Assembly: GCA_963815195.1 (NCBI GenBank)
Contig: CAWFGE010000016.1
Location: forward strand, 64,001 to 128,000
DNA from: an uncultured Planctomycetaceae bacterium
GTDB taxonomy: Bacteria; Planctomycetota; Planctomycetia; Planctomycetales; Planctomycetaceae
Direction of reading: 5' to 3'
DNA: 64,000 bases
In this document: piece by piece, positions 10,588-22,868 of the stretch
Layout: each line of letters begins with the position of its first letter
Position numbering within the stretch: position 1 is the stretch's first letter
Notes under the pieces: model-generated
Database searches by the model: none
Seen by the model: the letters and a program-made list of their open reading frames with translations, nothing else
What the model was told of the DNA's origin: nothing
Translations under genes and position numbers: made by a program

Positions 10588-13500
10588 TCAAAGTTCATTC
10601 ATGATCCATTCCAGATCGTTGGCAAAAACCTCATCCTGCAGATCCGTCGCCTTATCGATTTGGAGGTCGAGGAAGAACCAATCGTCGCCGGCTGATCCGG
10701 TCAAAATGTCGACATCCTCGTCGGCATCCTTAACGGTGGAATTCAAAATCAACGTGGGACTCAGATTCTCGATCCGGGTAAGAAGATCCCCGTCCGAAGT
10801 CCACTCGTTCATAATGTCTCGCAGAGACCGCTCTTGATTGGCAAAGTTGAGCCAACCAGCGATCAGTATGTCATCACCAGAATTGCCAATGATCCGATCC
10901 GATCCCTGACCGCCGACTAGCAAGTCGCGCCCACTGCCGCCGAGGAGCAGGTCATCCCCGTCCTCGCCGAGCAATACATCCTGTCCGGCCCCGCCCCTGA
11001 GGCGGTCGTTACCCTTCCCCCCATACAACCAAGACGAGTTGGCGATGCTACCGGAGATCTGGATGTTGTCATCATCAGCTTGACCAAAGACAACGATGCG
11101 TCCCGTCGGAGCGAACGTCCCTTCGGCGGTCCCGTTGATCGTCACATCCACGTCTCCGGTGTCACGACCCGGAGTAACCTGAATATGATCGGCACCGGTG
11201 GTCCCGCCAATATAGAGCGCGGATTGGCCATCGTGGCAAGTGTCCGGGAGCAGCGCGGCATCGGCGACAACAACTTGGAACGTTTCGGTGGTCGTGCCGC
11301 CGCTATCGTCTGTTACACTCACCGCAATTGCGAACGTGCCCGATGCCACAAAGATGTGATTGCCCGAAATCGTTCCCATTCCGGCTGCCTGTGACAACGA
11401 CAACGCTTCTGTTCCGGAGCCGTCACCCCAGTCGACCGTCGCTGAGTGAGTATCCAACGTCCCTACGTCAATAAAGGCTCCGGAGAACAGCAGTGTCTGT
11501 CCTCGCACGCCACCAACATTCGGCTCAGCGACGGGCGAGCCAAACGTGACATTATCAAAACTGACATTGGCGGGGGCCAGGTTGTTGACCGTCAGCGAGG
11601 CTTCCGCGCTGGTTACGCTCGCCCCATCATCATCGGTCAGCGTGGCTTTGATCTTGTAGATGTCGGATAGTGTGGCGGTCGGGTTGTCGTTCAGGTATTG
11701 GTGAGTCGCCGTGAATGTGCCGCTGCCCGCGGTTTCCGTCACGACGGCGGCCGACGAAGCTTCCCACGTGCCCCAGTCGATCAGCACCGTGTGCGTATCC
11801 GCCGTGCCCACATCACTGAAGGAACCGGTGACGGTCACGGAACCGTCTTCATTGATCGTCGCCGAACTCAATGTCAGGGTCGAAACCTTTGGGGCGACGT
11901 TGTTGACGGTCAATGTCGTCGTGGCGATGTCGCTCTCGCCGTCAGAATCTGTGACGCGCAGCGCGATTGTGCGTGCGGCGAAGTTGTCGGCGAAACTGAC
12001 CGTCGGCGTTTCACCGGTCGCGTCGATGTCGAACGTCGTCCCGTCGTAGTGGAGGTCCCACTCGAAGGTCAGGCTGGAATTCAATTCATCGGCGTCGAAG
12101 GAACCGGAGCCGTCCAATGCCAAAGGAGTCCCTTCATTAACGACGTAGGGCCCGCCAGCGTTGGCAACCGGCGGCTGATGGTCCAACGCCCCTGCGTATT
12201 CTAGAAGCAACTCGACGACGGTGTTCTCAGGATCATTGCTGCGAATTCGCAATCGTCCGCTCGCCGGAGATCGCGGATCAACGGGTCGAACGGTAAACGG
12301 GAGAGACGCCAACCCGGGCAGGATGCCGAGCGATTTGTCAGGAGCGCCGACGACGATGAACTCGCCCTCCAGCACCTCGACAGCCGGTACAAACAACGTC
12401 GTTGCCCCGAGGTTTTCGATGGCCAGCGTCGCTGACGGCCCGCCGCCTCCAAGCGGTGGAATGGTGAGCACTCCGTCCTCAATCGCGTCCGAGGGACTGG
12501 AAATCGAGAACTGCGGCTGCGCGAAGAGAAACTGCTGGTTGTCCAAGGCGACGGCGACAACTTCGCCGGTCCCCGTGTAGTTGGAGATCAACCGATGCTC
12601 CACCGCATAGTCCTTGAACGCGTCCAGTTGCTGCTCTGGCTGACCCTCGATTCGCGTCCATCCACTCGAATAGCCGAGTGGATTGTCCGAATCGGACAGC
12701 GAAAGCGTCGCCAGGTCGACACGGTTGACAAGGAATTCCGAACCGATGAGGTATGTTTCCAGAAAATGCTGGTTCGGTGTTAGCGTCTGGTGACTGGACA
12801 GCACTTTCGCATCGTAGCCCACCGTACTGACTGTCCCTTCGATTGGCGCGGAGAATCGCAGAGAGGCCCCGTCGTCGCTGCCAGCAGATGTTCCGAGCAG
12901 GGCAAACCGACTGCCGGAGGTGGCGCGCACATCACCGAATTCCGTTTCAAGCGTCGCTTGGCGGGAGTTCTCAATGGCCGATTGACTTTCGAAGTCCGGA
13001 CCGTTCCGCTGCACCTTGAAGTCGAACAACGTCACGGGTGCGGTGGGAACGCCAAAATCGGGATTGTCAAACTCGAACTTGGCGGCACTGGTTTCGAGGA
13101 CAAAAAGTTCGATGTCGAGGTCGACATCGACGTCGAGCGTCGCATAACCTTCCAAAGATGCGACCACGGGATTGAGGGCTGCCCCGGCGAATCGCACTGT
13201 GAACTCGGTATCAATCCTCGCTTCGACACGGGCGTTGCCCTGGATTTCAAACACGTCAACGTCTGCGATGCCCAAAAGTCCGACACTCACACCGGCCAAA
13301 AGTCCGAACTGGGCGTTCGCACGAGCCTTTGCGCCGACCGTGAAAAACGTACCCGAGGTGTTATCGCCCACTGGAACCAGCATCGGGTCGCCGGTCAGAT
13401 TGATCTCCACGCCGGCGACAGCATAGAGCTTGTCCACGAAACCGGCCAGAGATCCGTTTATGCCGAACTTTCCTTCGACTGTCACTCCCGGCAAGGCTGA

Positions 13501-15397
13501 TAACGGGAACGTGATCGAACGCGACAGATTGTTTCCGAATGAGTAATTGAACACCGACTTGCCGTCGGGCGGATATCCGGCCAGTTCGGAAAGGTTGAGT
13601 TCGCGCGTTTTCAGGACGAGCTTTTCCGCTTCGAGCGTCACGCGGTTGACCTCAACGAGGTCTTCTGTCTCCAGCCAGGGATGAAGCGAAATGCTTTCGT
13701 CATAGAGAGGCTCATTGAGCACTTTCACGTGAGCGGCAAGCTCCCGCCCTTCCATCTCAACATCTTCGTGGATCGACCACGGCGCAACGACCCTCGCGGA
13801 CAGACCTGCCTGCATCAAGGTCTTTAAGCCGTCAAACAATCCGAATGGCGTGTGTTTAGTCTCGGGGAACTCGTGGTTGAGAACGGCCGGGATCGACAGG
13901 TCGAACGCATAGGCGTTCAGTTGCGCATCAAATTTCGCTTCCCCTCCGTCCATCCACTTCGGTCGCGTGACAACGACAATCTCCTCGGGGACGTTGGCGT
14001 TAAACACGCTGTCGTTATCTTCTCGCGCTGCGAGAAACACCTGGATATCGACGGCCGAACCGGCAACGTGGTCCTCAAGCGTTGTCGTTGACAAAGTAAA
14101 TTCATCCCCGCCTCCGCCGAGTGAAACAGGTTTTGCAAATAAGACCGTGCCGCCCGCTTTGAACAGCAGATTGAACTTATCCTTGTAGACTTCCTCCAAG
14201 GGGAGATCGGAGACCTGAGCCCGGAATCTCGCATTGAAGTCGACATCGCCCTCAACAGACGTGACGAATCGGACATCCTCAATCTCTTGAAATGCTCCCC
14301 CTGCCGAAGCGCTGGCGTCGAGGTCCAGAGCCAGCGTATCGATGACCTTAATCTGGCCTTCGAACTTCGCCAGTTCCTGATCCCCATCGAAGGCCGTTAC
14401 GACCAGTGAGTGGCTCTCCGCCGAGAGCGCTCCGACGTCGACGGTAAACTGGAACTCTCTGCCCTCTTGATCAGTCCGAGTCGCAACATGACTTTGCTGA
14501 TTGCCGATCGTATATTCGACCTTGGATGCCGCCCCTTGCTCAACCCCGACCGTAAACACGTTTGGCAACTCGATTCCGGCAAGGTAGGTTCCGAACAGCG
14601 ATTCGGAATCTTCCCCGTCGTACTCCGCCGACACATCAAGCGCAATATCGGGCAGCTCCGGGATAATCTCCCATTCAGCAAATGTTGTTCCGGAATACGC
14701 GCCCTCTGTGCCGATCCCACCATAATTCGCGCTGGCACTCAATTTGTAATCACCAACGTCCAGCAATGTTTGATAACGAACCTCCCAGAGATTCGCACCT
14801 ACACTCCCAAAACCTACTATAGGAACAAAAAATCCATTCAGCCGAATATTAAAGGGGGAGTAAAGGCCTCCAGAGTTGTCAACCTGCTGAAACATTTGAA
14901 GTGTGGCGGGCGTATCCAAAGAAAAACTCAGTTTCGAATCCCATTCCCCCACCATAGAGGGATTGAAACGCCGTCACGGAGGTATTCGCTGCAGAGTCGT
15001 AACGCCCGTGGGGGGTGTCTGCAACAAAGTCCCACGAACTCGTACCTTTCGTGTCTGTCGTCGACTCTACATCACCGGAATTTTCATTTCGAAAGACGAC
15101 CGTAGACTCATGAGTGAGTGAACCGGCTGGCAGAATTGATTCGACAACGGAAGTAGGATCCCCTCCAAAATTATCAATTGTTGTGCTGATGTGTTTAACC
15201 CCCGCAGCAAGAAGCAGACGCTGCTCCAAGGCCTCAACGTGCCACAAATGATTCCTGCGGGTGTGCCGCCGGGAATGTTGGGTGCAGCGTTTATGGGAGG
15301 TCCGCCGGGCTTTGGGTTTGCGGCGGTTGGTTTTGGGGGTGCCGAGAATCAGATTGCGAACCAGTCTCTGGCACAGGGAAAGCCCGCGTTTCAGCAT
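10588..15397 (-). CDS. Large surface protein (about 1600 aa) with planctomycete LEPR-XLL N-terminus, PKD-like domains and RTX/hemolysin-type Ca-binding repeats; frameshift near 14960
   Basis: VEALEQRLLLA in ORF 14879..15451; PPVANAGGPYVVNEG, IDWG/VDWGDG and GGxGxDxL nonapeptides in ORF 10588..14955. Confidence 0.85.
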
Positions 15398-15776
15398 GTT
15401 TTCGTCCTCTAAAGATTGGGTCGAGGGAGCGTGATGGGAGATCCGCATCAAAAACCGAACAGCCTCTGTTGTGAAGGCTCCAATTCCTGGAAAATGGGGG
15501 CCGAATCGCCCAAATGGAATTCCTTAGCCTGAATTCACCATTCCGCCCAACTGAGAGTTGCCGGTGCATAATCCGTGGTTTATTATGGTCTTAGCCAAAT
15601 CTCCTTCAATTTGGACACAAAAACCTCGACCCACCGAACGGTCAAATTGGTAACAGTTTGAAAGTCTCCCAAAAAAGCTGGAATTTGACTGCGAAGTTGT
15701 CACCACCGCCGGGGAATGGTCCGCCCATTCGGGCGACAGATCGTCGATTTGAACACGACCGAGGGCTTCACAAAAC

Positions 15777-16403
15777 ATGTTTCCTCTTGAGCAAGAAATC
15801 GGCGGCCCCAACGGGCGGGAGACTTTCGGCGACTTGCTGAGCCGAGCGCGAAGCGGGTCGGAATCCGCGCTTGGCGAATTGCTGGAGCAGTTTCGAGGGT
15901 TCCTGCTGCTGACGGCCGAGATGACGTTGGAGTCCGGCGTGCGACCGAAGGTTGGGGCCTCGGACCTGGTACAGGAGTCGATAATTGACGCCCACCAAAA
16001 CTTCCGCAGCTTTCGCGGAGAGACAAACAACGAATTTCAGGGCTGGTTGAAGCGGATTCTCCTCAATAACCTGCTGAACCAGTACCGCAAGTGGAAGAAG
16101 AGCCGAAGACGGCAATTGAGCCGAGAGACCTTTCTGGGTCGAGCCGATTCCGGGATTAAAGATCTCGAAGATCCGACCGCGCTCTTGCCCAGCGAAATCG
16201 CATGTTTGGCGGAAGATACGCGTCTTATCATCCAGGTGATCGAGGGTCTGCCAGACGATTATCGAGAGATTATTCAACTCCGGCATCGCGAACAGCTGGA
16301 ATTTGAGGAGATCGGACGCAAAATGAACCGTTCTTCCGATGCCGCGCGCATGCTTTGGTATCGGGCCTTCGAGCGGTTGGCTGCGGAACTGAGGCGGCAA
16401 TGA
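15777..16403 (+). CDS. ECF sigma-70 factor (Planctomycetaceae subfamily, TIGR02984-like)
   Basis: LLSRARSG..SALGELLEQFRGFL...KVGASDLVQES...FRGET..EFQGWLKRIL...LPDDYREIIQLRH. Confidence 0.9.
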   Translation: MFPLEQEIGGPNGRETFGDLLSRARSGSESALGELLEQFRGFLLLTAEMTLESGVRPKVGASDLVQESIIDAHQNFRSFRGETNNEFQGWLKRILLNNLLNQYRKWKKSRRRQLSRETFLGRADSGIKDLEDPTALLPSEIACLAEDTRLIIQVIEGLPDDYREIIQLRHREQLEFEEIGRKMNRSSDAARMLWYRAFERLAAELRRQ

Positions 16404-18007
16404 CAGAACTGCCGCCCGCGGATGAACGCGACCCCTTTTTTCAATGGCTGATCCTGCGGTTGGAGCAGTCCGCAAGTCACGAGGCGAGGGAACCATCTCC
16501 CGGTCACAGATCATCTGCGGAAAGCATCTTGTTGGACATCGAACGCGCGGAACGCTGCGCAAATGCACTGGCTGCGATCTGGCCGGATATAGACCCTGGG
16601 ATGGATTCGACTTCAGACGCCTCAATCGATGCGGTTCCTCTTGACGGCCGAAGCAACAACTCCCACCTAAGTGATCTGGGATCCCTCGGACGCTTTCAAA
16701 TCCAGCGTCTGCTCGGTCGCGGCGGAATGGGCAATGTGTTCCTGGCATTCGACCCGACGCTACAAAGGCCGGTGGCCTTGAAAGTGCCTCGGTTCGATGT
16801 GGCTGGCGACCCCCTGTTGAGAGAAAGATTCTTGATTGAGGCGCGATCCGCCGCTAAGCTCAGTCATCCGAATCTTGTGGAGGTTTATGACGCCGGGCTG
16901 GACGGATCGATCTGCTTCATCGCGTCGGCCTATTGCGATGGGCCGGATCTCGAGAATTGGCTGGCTTCTCAAGACCATCCCGTCGAGCCGAAACTGGCGG
17001 CAGGTTTGGTTGAACGCGTTGCCCAGGCAATTCATTATTGCCACGAGATGGGAATTGTCCATCGCGACCTGAAGCCGGCGAATATCTTGCTGGCGTCCGC
17101 GACCGACGACCAAATCGCGGCACAGCGGGGAATGCCCTTCACTCCCAAAATCACCGATTTCGGACTCGCGAGGGTAATTGAAGAGAGGCTCAGCCAGACG
17201 CGTAGCAGTTTAATTGTCGGCACGCCATTGTACATGGCTCCCGAGCAGGCGGACGGTCGCACGGATGCGGTTGGACCAGCAACGGACATTTTTGCTCTGG
17301 GAGTGATTCTCTACGAACTATTGACGGGTCGTCCACCTTTTGAAGGTCGCACGGCACTCACAGTCCTCAGTCGGATTCAACGCGAAGAACCGGTCTCGCC
17401 GACCCGCGTCCACCGGCAAGTGCCCGCCGGGTTGGAAGCCATCTGCATGAGATGTCTCCGCAAGCTGCCAGAGGAACGTTACAAGAGTGCCGGTGCCCTT
17501 GCCGCCGACTTGAAGAAATGGCAAAACGGTGGACGCATATCGGCCCGCCGATTCACACTCTGGGACCGATTCCGAACATGGAGTCGCCAATCGGAACGTT
17601 TGCGAGACGCGGGACTCGCCGCGATTGGCTGGAATGGCGCGATCTTCCTCATACTCATGGTTCTCGTGTTTAATTATGTGTTCGGGATTGAGACACCGCT
17701 CCCTTCCAGTGGCAGCGATCTGCTGGTGTTGGAGTGTCTCATCGGATCCGGTATGCATGGTTTTTTCTGCTGGGTGGGGTGGCGAACCATTCGCGGCGAC
17801 CGCTGGGCCTATTGGGTGGGATTCGCGGGCGCTCTGTTCATTTGCCTCTTGGCCGCGAACGCCCTGATGGGCGGTTACAGCATATTCAGCATTTACGATG
17901 ATTTTTTAGTCGCCAAATTCCTAATCATGCTGGTTTTTACGGTACTTTCGGCCATACAACTTTTGGCCTTCCTGGTGGCAATGCTTGCCTCGACACCCGA
18001 GTTGTAA
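16400..18007 (+). CDS. Ser/Thr protein kinase with about 4 C-terminal TM helices
   Basis: ATGA overlap with the sigma gene; GRGGMGNV, HRDLKPAN, DFGLAR, GTPLYMAPEQ; hydrophobic C-terminus. Confidence 0.92.
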   Translation: MTELPPADERDPFFQWLILRLEQSASHEAREPSPGHRSSAESILLDIERAERCANALAAIWPDIDPGMDSTSDASIDAVPLDGRSNNSHLSDLGSLGRFQIQRLLGRGGMGNVFLAFDPTLQRPVALKVPRFDVAGDPLLRERFLIEARSAAKLSHPNLVEVYDAGLDGSICFIASAYCDGPDLENWLASQDHPVEPKLAAGLVERVAQAIHYCHEMGIVHRDLKPANILLASATDDQIAAQRGMPFTPKITDFGLARVIEERLSQTRSSLIVGTPLYMAPEQADGRTDAVGPATDIFALGVILYELLTGRPPFEGRTALTVLSRIQREEPVSPTRVHRQVPAGLEAICMRCLRKLPEERYKSAGALAADLKKWQNGGRISARRFTLWDRFRTWSRQSERLRDAGLAAIGWNGAIFLILMVLVFNYVFGIETPLPSSGSDLLVLECLIGSGMHGFFCWVGWRTIRGDRWAYWVGFAGALFICLLAANALMGGYSIFSIYDDFLVAKFLIMLVFTVLSAIQLLAFLVAMLASTPEL

Positions 18008-18784
18008 AGCCTCAGTTCGATCTGGAATTCCTGGCTGGTTGGGTTAGTCTATTCTTTATGAGAGGATGAAAGGTAGGATGAAAGGGGCCATCGAAAGCGC
18101 CGGGATAAACCGGCTTGGAGTCAGGAATGGAAGGCTCCGACGCAGAAGGTGTAGGCAACCACTGCGGCCTCGAACCGTACGCTGGCAGCGGTAACGTTGC
18201 GGGTGTCGCATCGGCCAGAGGTACAGGCAGGCCAGCTATTGAGCTCCGAAATAATTCTTCCCGTGTGCCCACACTGTGATGGCTGTGGAAGGCGGGGCGC
18301 CTTCTGGGCCCGGACAGTCGCGTTTTGCCAGCGGCTGGCCGGCACGGCGGAGTCGTGGAACCTGAGCATGTCTGGAAACTCCAAGCGCGAGAACCGGGAG
18401 ATCCCCCAGGTTTCCGAGTCTTCGGACCCGGAACGGCCGGAAAACGCCTCGGGCGGTACAGCCGGCATGGACGCTTTGGGGAAGTCAGATGGGTCCCTAG
18501 CGCGTAGGGTGTGTCGAGCGAGACGAAGGGCCAAAACCCCGCCCCGATCCGGACAACCGCGCCATGACCGTACGGTGCTGTTTCCCGATAGACCCAGCGA
18601 GCGAAGACGCACCACAACGATGGCTACGACGTGGATTCCGGAGGGCATCCCAAAACGCCGCCCGCGTCCGTCAAATACCATTCCACACCGCCCGACGTTC
18701 GCGGTGCGTCGGCGCAAAGCTTGGGTCACCTTCCACTGACTAACATCAACACGCCCAAATTCCACTTACCGCTGAACCAGGACA
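18003..18784 (+). mobile_element. Non-autonomous IS3-derived element: both ends present, no transposase, carries a group II intron fragment
   Basis: 18003-18066 resembles the left end 41699-41760, and 18723-18784 is nearly identical to the right end 43263-43324, of the intact IS3. Confidence 0.8.
18095..18500 (+). ncRNA. Group II intron 5' fragment (domains I-II, J2/3, start of III); no RT ORF or domain V
   Basis: Recognisable blocks: gcgccgggataaaccgg...gaaggtgtaggcaaccac...gcaggccagctattgagctccgaaa...gagaaccgggagatccc...gggaagtcaga; resembles bacterial class E/F introns. Confidence 0.7.
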
Positions 18785-20040
18785 GGTTACACGGGCGGCT
18801 ATGATGCCGTGCGGCGGTTCGTGAATCGGCATCGGAAGAACCACGCCGAGACGTTCATCCCCTTGGATCATCGGCCCGGCCAGCGAATCGAAGCCGACTT
18901 TGGCGAGATTTCGGTGGACTTCCCCGACGGCCGCCGGAAGGTCAACGTGCTGATCCTGGTGTGGTCGTATTCCAACGCTCCGTTCGCGGTGGCGCTGCCG
19001 ACCCAGCGAACCGAAGCGATCTTGGAAGGCATGACGCAGGCGTTTGACTTTTTCGGCTGCGTGCCCGAAGAAGTCTGGTGGGACAATCCGACGACCGTGG
19101 CCACCGAGTTATTGACAGGGCGGTCGCGGAAGATCAATCCGCGTTACCAGGCGCTCGCCAGCCATTACGTGTTCGATCCGCTGTTCTGCATGCCCGCGCG
19201 GGGCAATGAAAAGCCGGTGGTGGAAAACCGCGTGAAGACGTTGGGAGCGGAAATGGTCCACGCCCGTGCCTCGCGTGAAGGACATGGAGGAGTTCAATGC
19301 GTATCTTCGCGAGTGTTGCTTGAAGGAACACGCTCGCTGCAGCAGCGGCCAGACGCAAACGATCGGGGAACGCTTCGCGGAGGAAAAACAGCGATCCGCT
19401 CCGCTTCCCGTGCCGCGGTTTGATCCCTGCATCCGGCAATCGGCGAAGGTCAACAAGTATCAGTTCGCGCGGTTCGACAATGTGAACTACAGCGTGCCTC
19501 GCCACGCCGCTTTTCAAACGGTGACGGTCAAGGGTTATGTGGATCGTGTCGAGATTGTGTTGAACGAAACCGTCGTCGCCGTCCACGAACGGAGCTATCA
19601 CGCGGGCGATGATGTGCTGGATCCTTTGCACTATTTGACCACATTAACGCGTCGCCCGGCGGCTTTGGATCATGCGAACGTGTATCGCGATTGGAAGCTG
19701 CCCGCCGTGTTCGGCGAACTCCGCGAGCGTTTGGAAAGGCGGCACGGTCCCCACGCGGGCGTGCGGCAATTCGTGCGGGTGCTGCAGTTGCTGGCCGAGC
19801 ATCCGCTCTCGCGCGTGCAGGCGGCGATCGAGCAACTTCGCGGCCCCGAAGGAGCCGATGCCGATCGCATCATTCGCCGCGTGGAAGCCTCCGCCCTCCG
19901 CCTGTCGGAAACATCGTCCGAGGGCATTTCCACTCCGATCGAGTGCGAACACCCCGGCGTGTTGTCGGTTCAAGTTCCCTGTCCGAGCTTGAGCCATTTT
20001 GACCAGTTCCTGTCCTCCTTCCAAGGAGATTCCGATTATG
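18785..20040 (+). pseudogene. istA: IS21-family transposase IstA, 5'-truncated, frameshift near 19245
   Basis: GYTGGYDAVRRFV...PGQRIEADFG...FFGCVPEEVWWDN...PARGNEKPVVE...FDNVNYSVP. Confidence 0.88.
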
Positions 20041-20397
20041 TCCCCGAACCCGAAACACGATGCCAACCAGATGCTCCTCAAGGCCAACCTCAAGCAACTC
20101 CGGCTGCCGACAATCCTGGCCGAGTACGAGAAGTTGGCCCGCGAAGCGAGTGCCTCGAACCAGACCTTCGAGCAGTACCTGCTCCGGTTGACCGAACTGG
20201 AGGTCGCGGCCCGGCAGACCAATGCCTTGAACAGCCGGATCCGCAATGCGAACTTTCCGGTGGAGAAGGGACTGGAGGATTACGACTTCCAAGCGGTGCC
20301 CGGCCTCCACAAACAAACGATTTTGGAGTTGGCCCGCGGGGAGTGGATTGCCCAGCATTTCAATGTGTGTTTTCTTGGCCAACCGGGGACGGGAAAG
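20038..20397 (+). pseudogene. istB: IS21 helper ATPase IstB, N-terminal part, interrupted at Walker A
   Basis: LLKANLKQLRLPT...NFPVEKGLEDYDF...LGQPGTGK, followed by unrelated sequence. Confidence 0.9.
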
Positions 20398-20398
20398 G

Positions 20399-20797
20399 TC
20401 CGACCATCACAAGACACCTCTGGTCACTCAGTTATCGCGCGGTGAGATCACCGTCACCGATCCGGCCCATCCGCTTTATGGCCGAACATTTGATTTGTTC
20501 GGCTTAGCCCGCCTGCCAGGTTATCGTCAGTATTATCAAGTCGAGATTTTTCCTGACGAGATGACCTACATCGACGTCAGCAGCACGAACCTTTCCACCG
20601 CTCCTCCCCAAAAAACTTCCTGTCTGACCCCGGACGCGCTCCAGGATTTGGTGACTACCTTTCGGGATATTCTTTCTCGGAGGGAAGCCGATGTCACCCA
20701 TTGCCACGGACCAGGTGTGGAACCGTCTGACTCTTCCAGAGCAGCAGCGGATCATCCAGCAAATCGTCGTCATTCTAACGGAGGAACTGGAGCATGA
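20399..20797 (+). CDS. Y4bD/Y4pK (DUF5372-like) small accessory protein lacking its own start codon in the integrated state
   Basis: SDHHKTP...EITVTDPAHPLYGRTFDL; the frame is open from the element boundary. Confidence 0.55.
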   Translation, partial: SDHHKTPLVTQLSRGEITVTDPAHPLYGRTFDLFGLARLPGYRQYYQVEIFPDEMTYIDVSSTNLSTAPPQKTSCLTPDALQDLVTTFRDILSRREADVTHCHGPGVEPSDSSRAAADHPANRRHSNGGTGA

Positions 20798-20975
20798 ACG
20801 GATCGATGAAAGTCAGCACCAGCCATTTGAATCGCCGCGGGATCGTATATCTTCGTCAGAGCACGACGAAGCAGGTCGAGAAAAACCAAGAGAGTGCCCA
20901 CAACCAGCGAGCCTTGAAAACCCGGTTGTTGGAGTTGGGGTGGAAGCCGGAACAAGTCAGCATCCTGGAGGATGA
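20691..20975 (+). CDS. Small helical accessory protein overlapping the LSR start
   Basis: RBS gaggga, then MSPIATDQVWNRLTLPEQQRIIQQI; positional and motif counterpart at 23385. Confidence 0.45.
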   Translation: MSPIATDQVWNRLTLPEQQRIIQQIVVILTEELEHERIDESQHQPFESPRDRISSSEHDEAGREKPRECPQPASLENPVVGVGVEAGTSQHPGG

Positions 20976-22868
20976 TCAAGGGCAATCGGCCACGCAAACG
21001 GCGGGACGCGGGGCCTTTCAACAGATGGTCGCCGACGTCGGCTTGGGTAAGGTCGGCATCATTCTGGGCTATGAAGTTTCACGGCTTTCCCGCAACGATG
21101 TGGATTGGCATCGACTGTTGGAATTGTGTGCGATCTTTGACACACTCATCGGTGATGTGGATGGGTTGTATCATCCACGGGATTTCAACGACAGGCTCCT
21201 CTTAGGCTTGAAGGGCACGATGTCTTCGGCAGACTCCATAGCCTCCGATTGCGATTGGACGCGGGTCGATTGTCGAAGGCCGCGCGGGGCGAGTTGGTGC
21301 AAAACTTGCCGACGGGCTTGGTCCGCAATCTGGACAAGGCGGTAATGCTCGATCCCGATCTGAGCATTCAAAAGCGATTGCATTTGGTGTTCGACAAGTT
21401 CGTGGAGTTGGGCACGATTCAAAAAGTCTTGACGTTCCTGGCCAAGAAAAATTTGAAGATTCCCCGGCGCCAAGTTTCGGGCCTTTATGCGGGCGAAGTG
21501 TTTTGGAGAGAAGCCACGGCCGCTTCGTTGGGCTCGATCCTGCATAACCCGGCTTATGCAGGCGCGTTTGCTCATGGGCGTCGGCAAGTCAATCCCACGC
21601 TACGAATTCCCGGTCGTCCTGCCACGGGTCGCACGCGCCGGCCCCAAGCGGAATGGTCGGTCTTAATTCCCGGCATCTACCCGGCCTATATCAGTTGGGA
21701 GCAGTACGAAGACAACCAACGCCGAATCGCTCAAAACAACCTCCGCATCCAACAACGACTCGCCGCCAAGCAAGCCATCCGCAACGGCTGCGCGTTGTTA
21801 ACGGGCTTATTGCGCTGCGGAAAATGCGGTCGAACGATGGGAGTGAATTACAAGGAGAACCGCTTTCAATACTCATGCAATTCTGGCTATCGGCATTACG
21901 CCCAACGATCCTGCCAGTACTTGGGCGGCAACAAGATCGACGAGGCGGTGACGGAAGCTTTCTTTGAAGTGCTGCGGCCTGCCGAGATCGATGTGTTGGA
22001 GAAACTCTCCGCCGAAAGGGCTCGCACGCATGCGGACGTGGTTCGGCATTTGGAGCAAGACGTCGGGCGCTTGCAATACGCCGCCCATCGGGCCGAGCAA
22101 CAATACGACTGTGTCGATCCCAAGAACCGTTTGATTGCGGCCAGTCTGGAAGAGAAATGGGAATCGGCTTTGTTGGCGCAAAAGCAAGCCGAAGAAAACC
22201 TGGCGGATGCCCGCCGAGAAATTCCCCAACCGATCCGCGTACCGAAGTCCTTGCGAGACGCCTTCGCGGATGTCGGGCGGCAGCTTCCCGAACTCTGGCC
22301 CGAGTTGTCTTGGGAGGCGAAGAAGTCGTTGTTGCGGACGATGATTACGGGAGTCAATCTTCACCGGCAATCGGATGGGCTGGTGCAAATTCGCATGGTC
22401 TGGGCCGGCGGTTCGGTGACCGAAACGTCGGCTCTCCTACGGCGTTTTTCAATGAAACACACGGACTTGGAAGAGCACATCGTGGAACGCATCCGGCAAG
22501 AAACCAGCGAAGGCCGGTCGAGTGAAATGATCGCGGCGGATCTCAATCGCGAAGGCCATCATCCCTGTCGTGGCGAACAATTCACCTCGCAAATCGTGAA
22601 CAAGTTAAGACATCGCTACCGGATCAAAAGCCCGCGTGCAAAGAACCTGCCCCATGCCTGGACCGCCGCGGAAATGGCTCAGGAAATCGGGCGCAACATA
22701 TCCTGGATGTATCATAAAATTGAGCAAAGACAGATCGTGGTTTCTGTCGATCCAATTTATCGGTGCTATCTGTTTCCCAAAACTGAGGAGGTTAAAGACG
22801 CCATGCTAAAACTCAAAAATCACGAAACCGAGCAAATCACTATCCCAAGGGGGCACAACAATGGCTGA
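20794..22868 (+). CDS. Large serine recombinase (resolvase + recombinase + Zn-ribbon + coiled coil + HTH); apparent 1-nt deletion near 21233
   Basis: VYLRQST catalytic motif, EVSRLSRN, DFNDRLLLGLKGTMS, ILHNPAYAG, LLRCGKCGRTM, VDPKNRLIAASLE. Confidence 0.92.

Noticed and set aside
18095..18500. Functional group II intron, retron or DGR
   Set aside because: No reverse transcriptase ORF, no domain V/VI and no TR/VR pair is visible in the window.
20246..20398. ATG at 20246 as the start of the Y4bD-like ORF
   Set aside because: It lies outside the element, in an alternative frame of istB, with no clear RBS. It is an accident of this insertion site, although low-level translation from it cannot be excluded.
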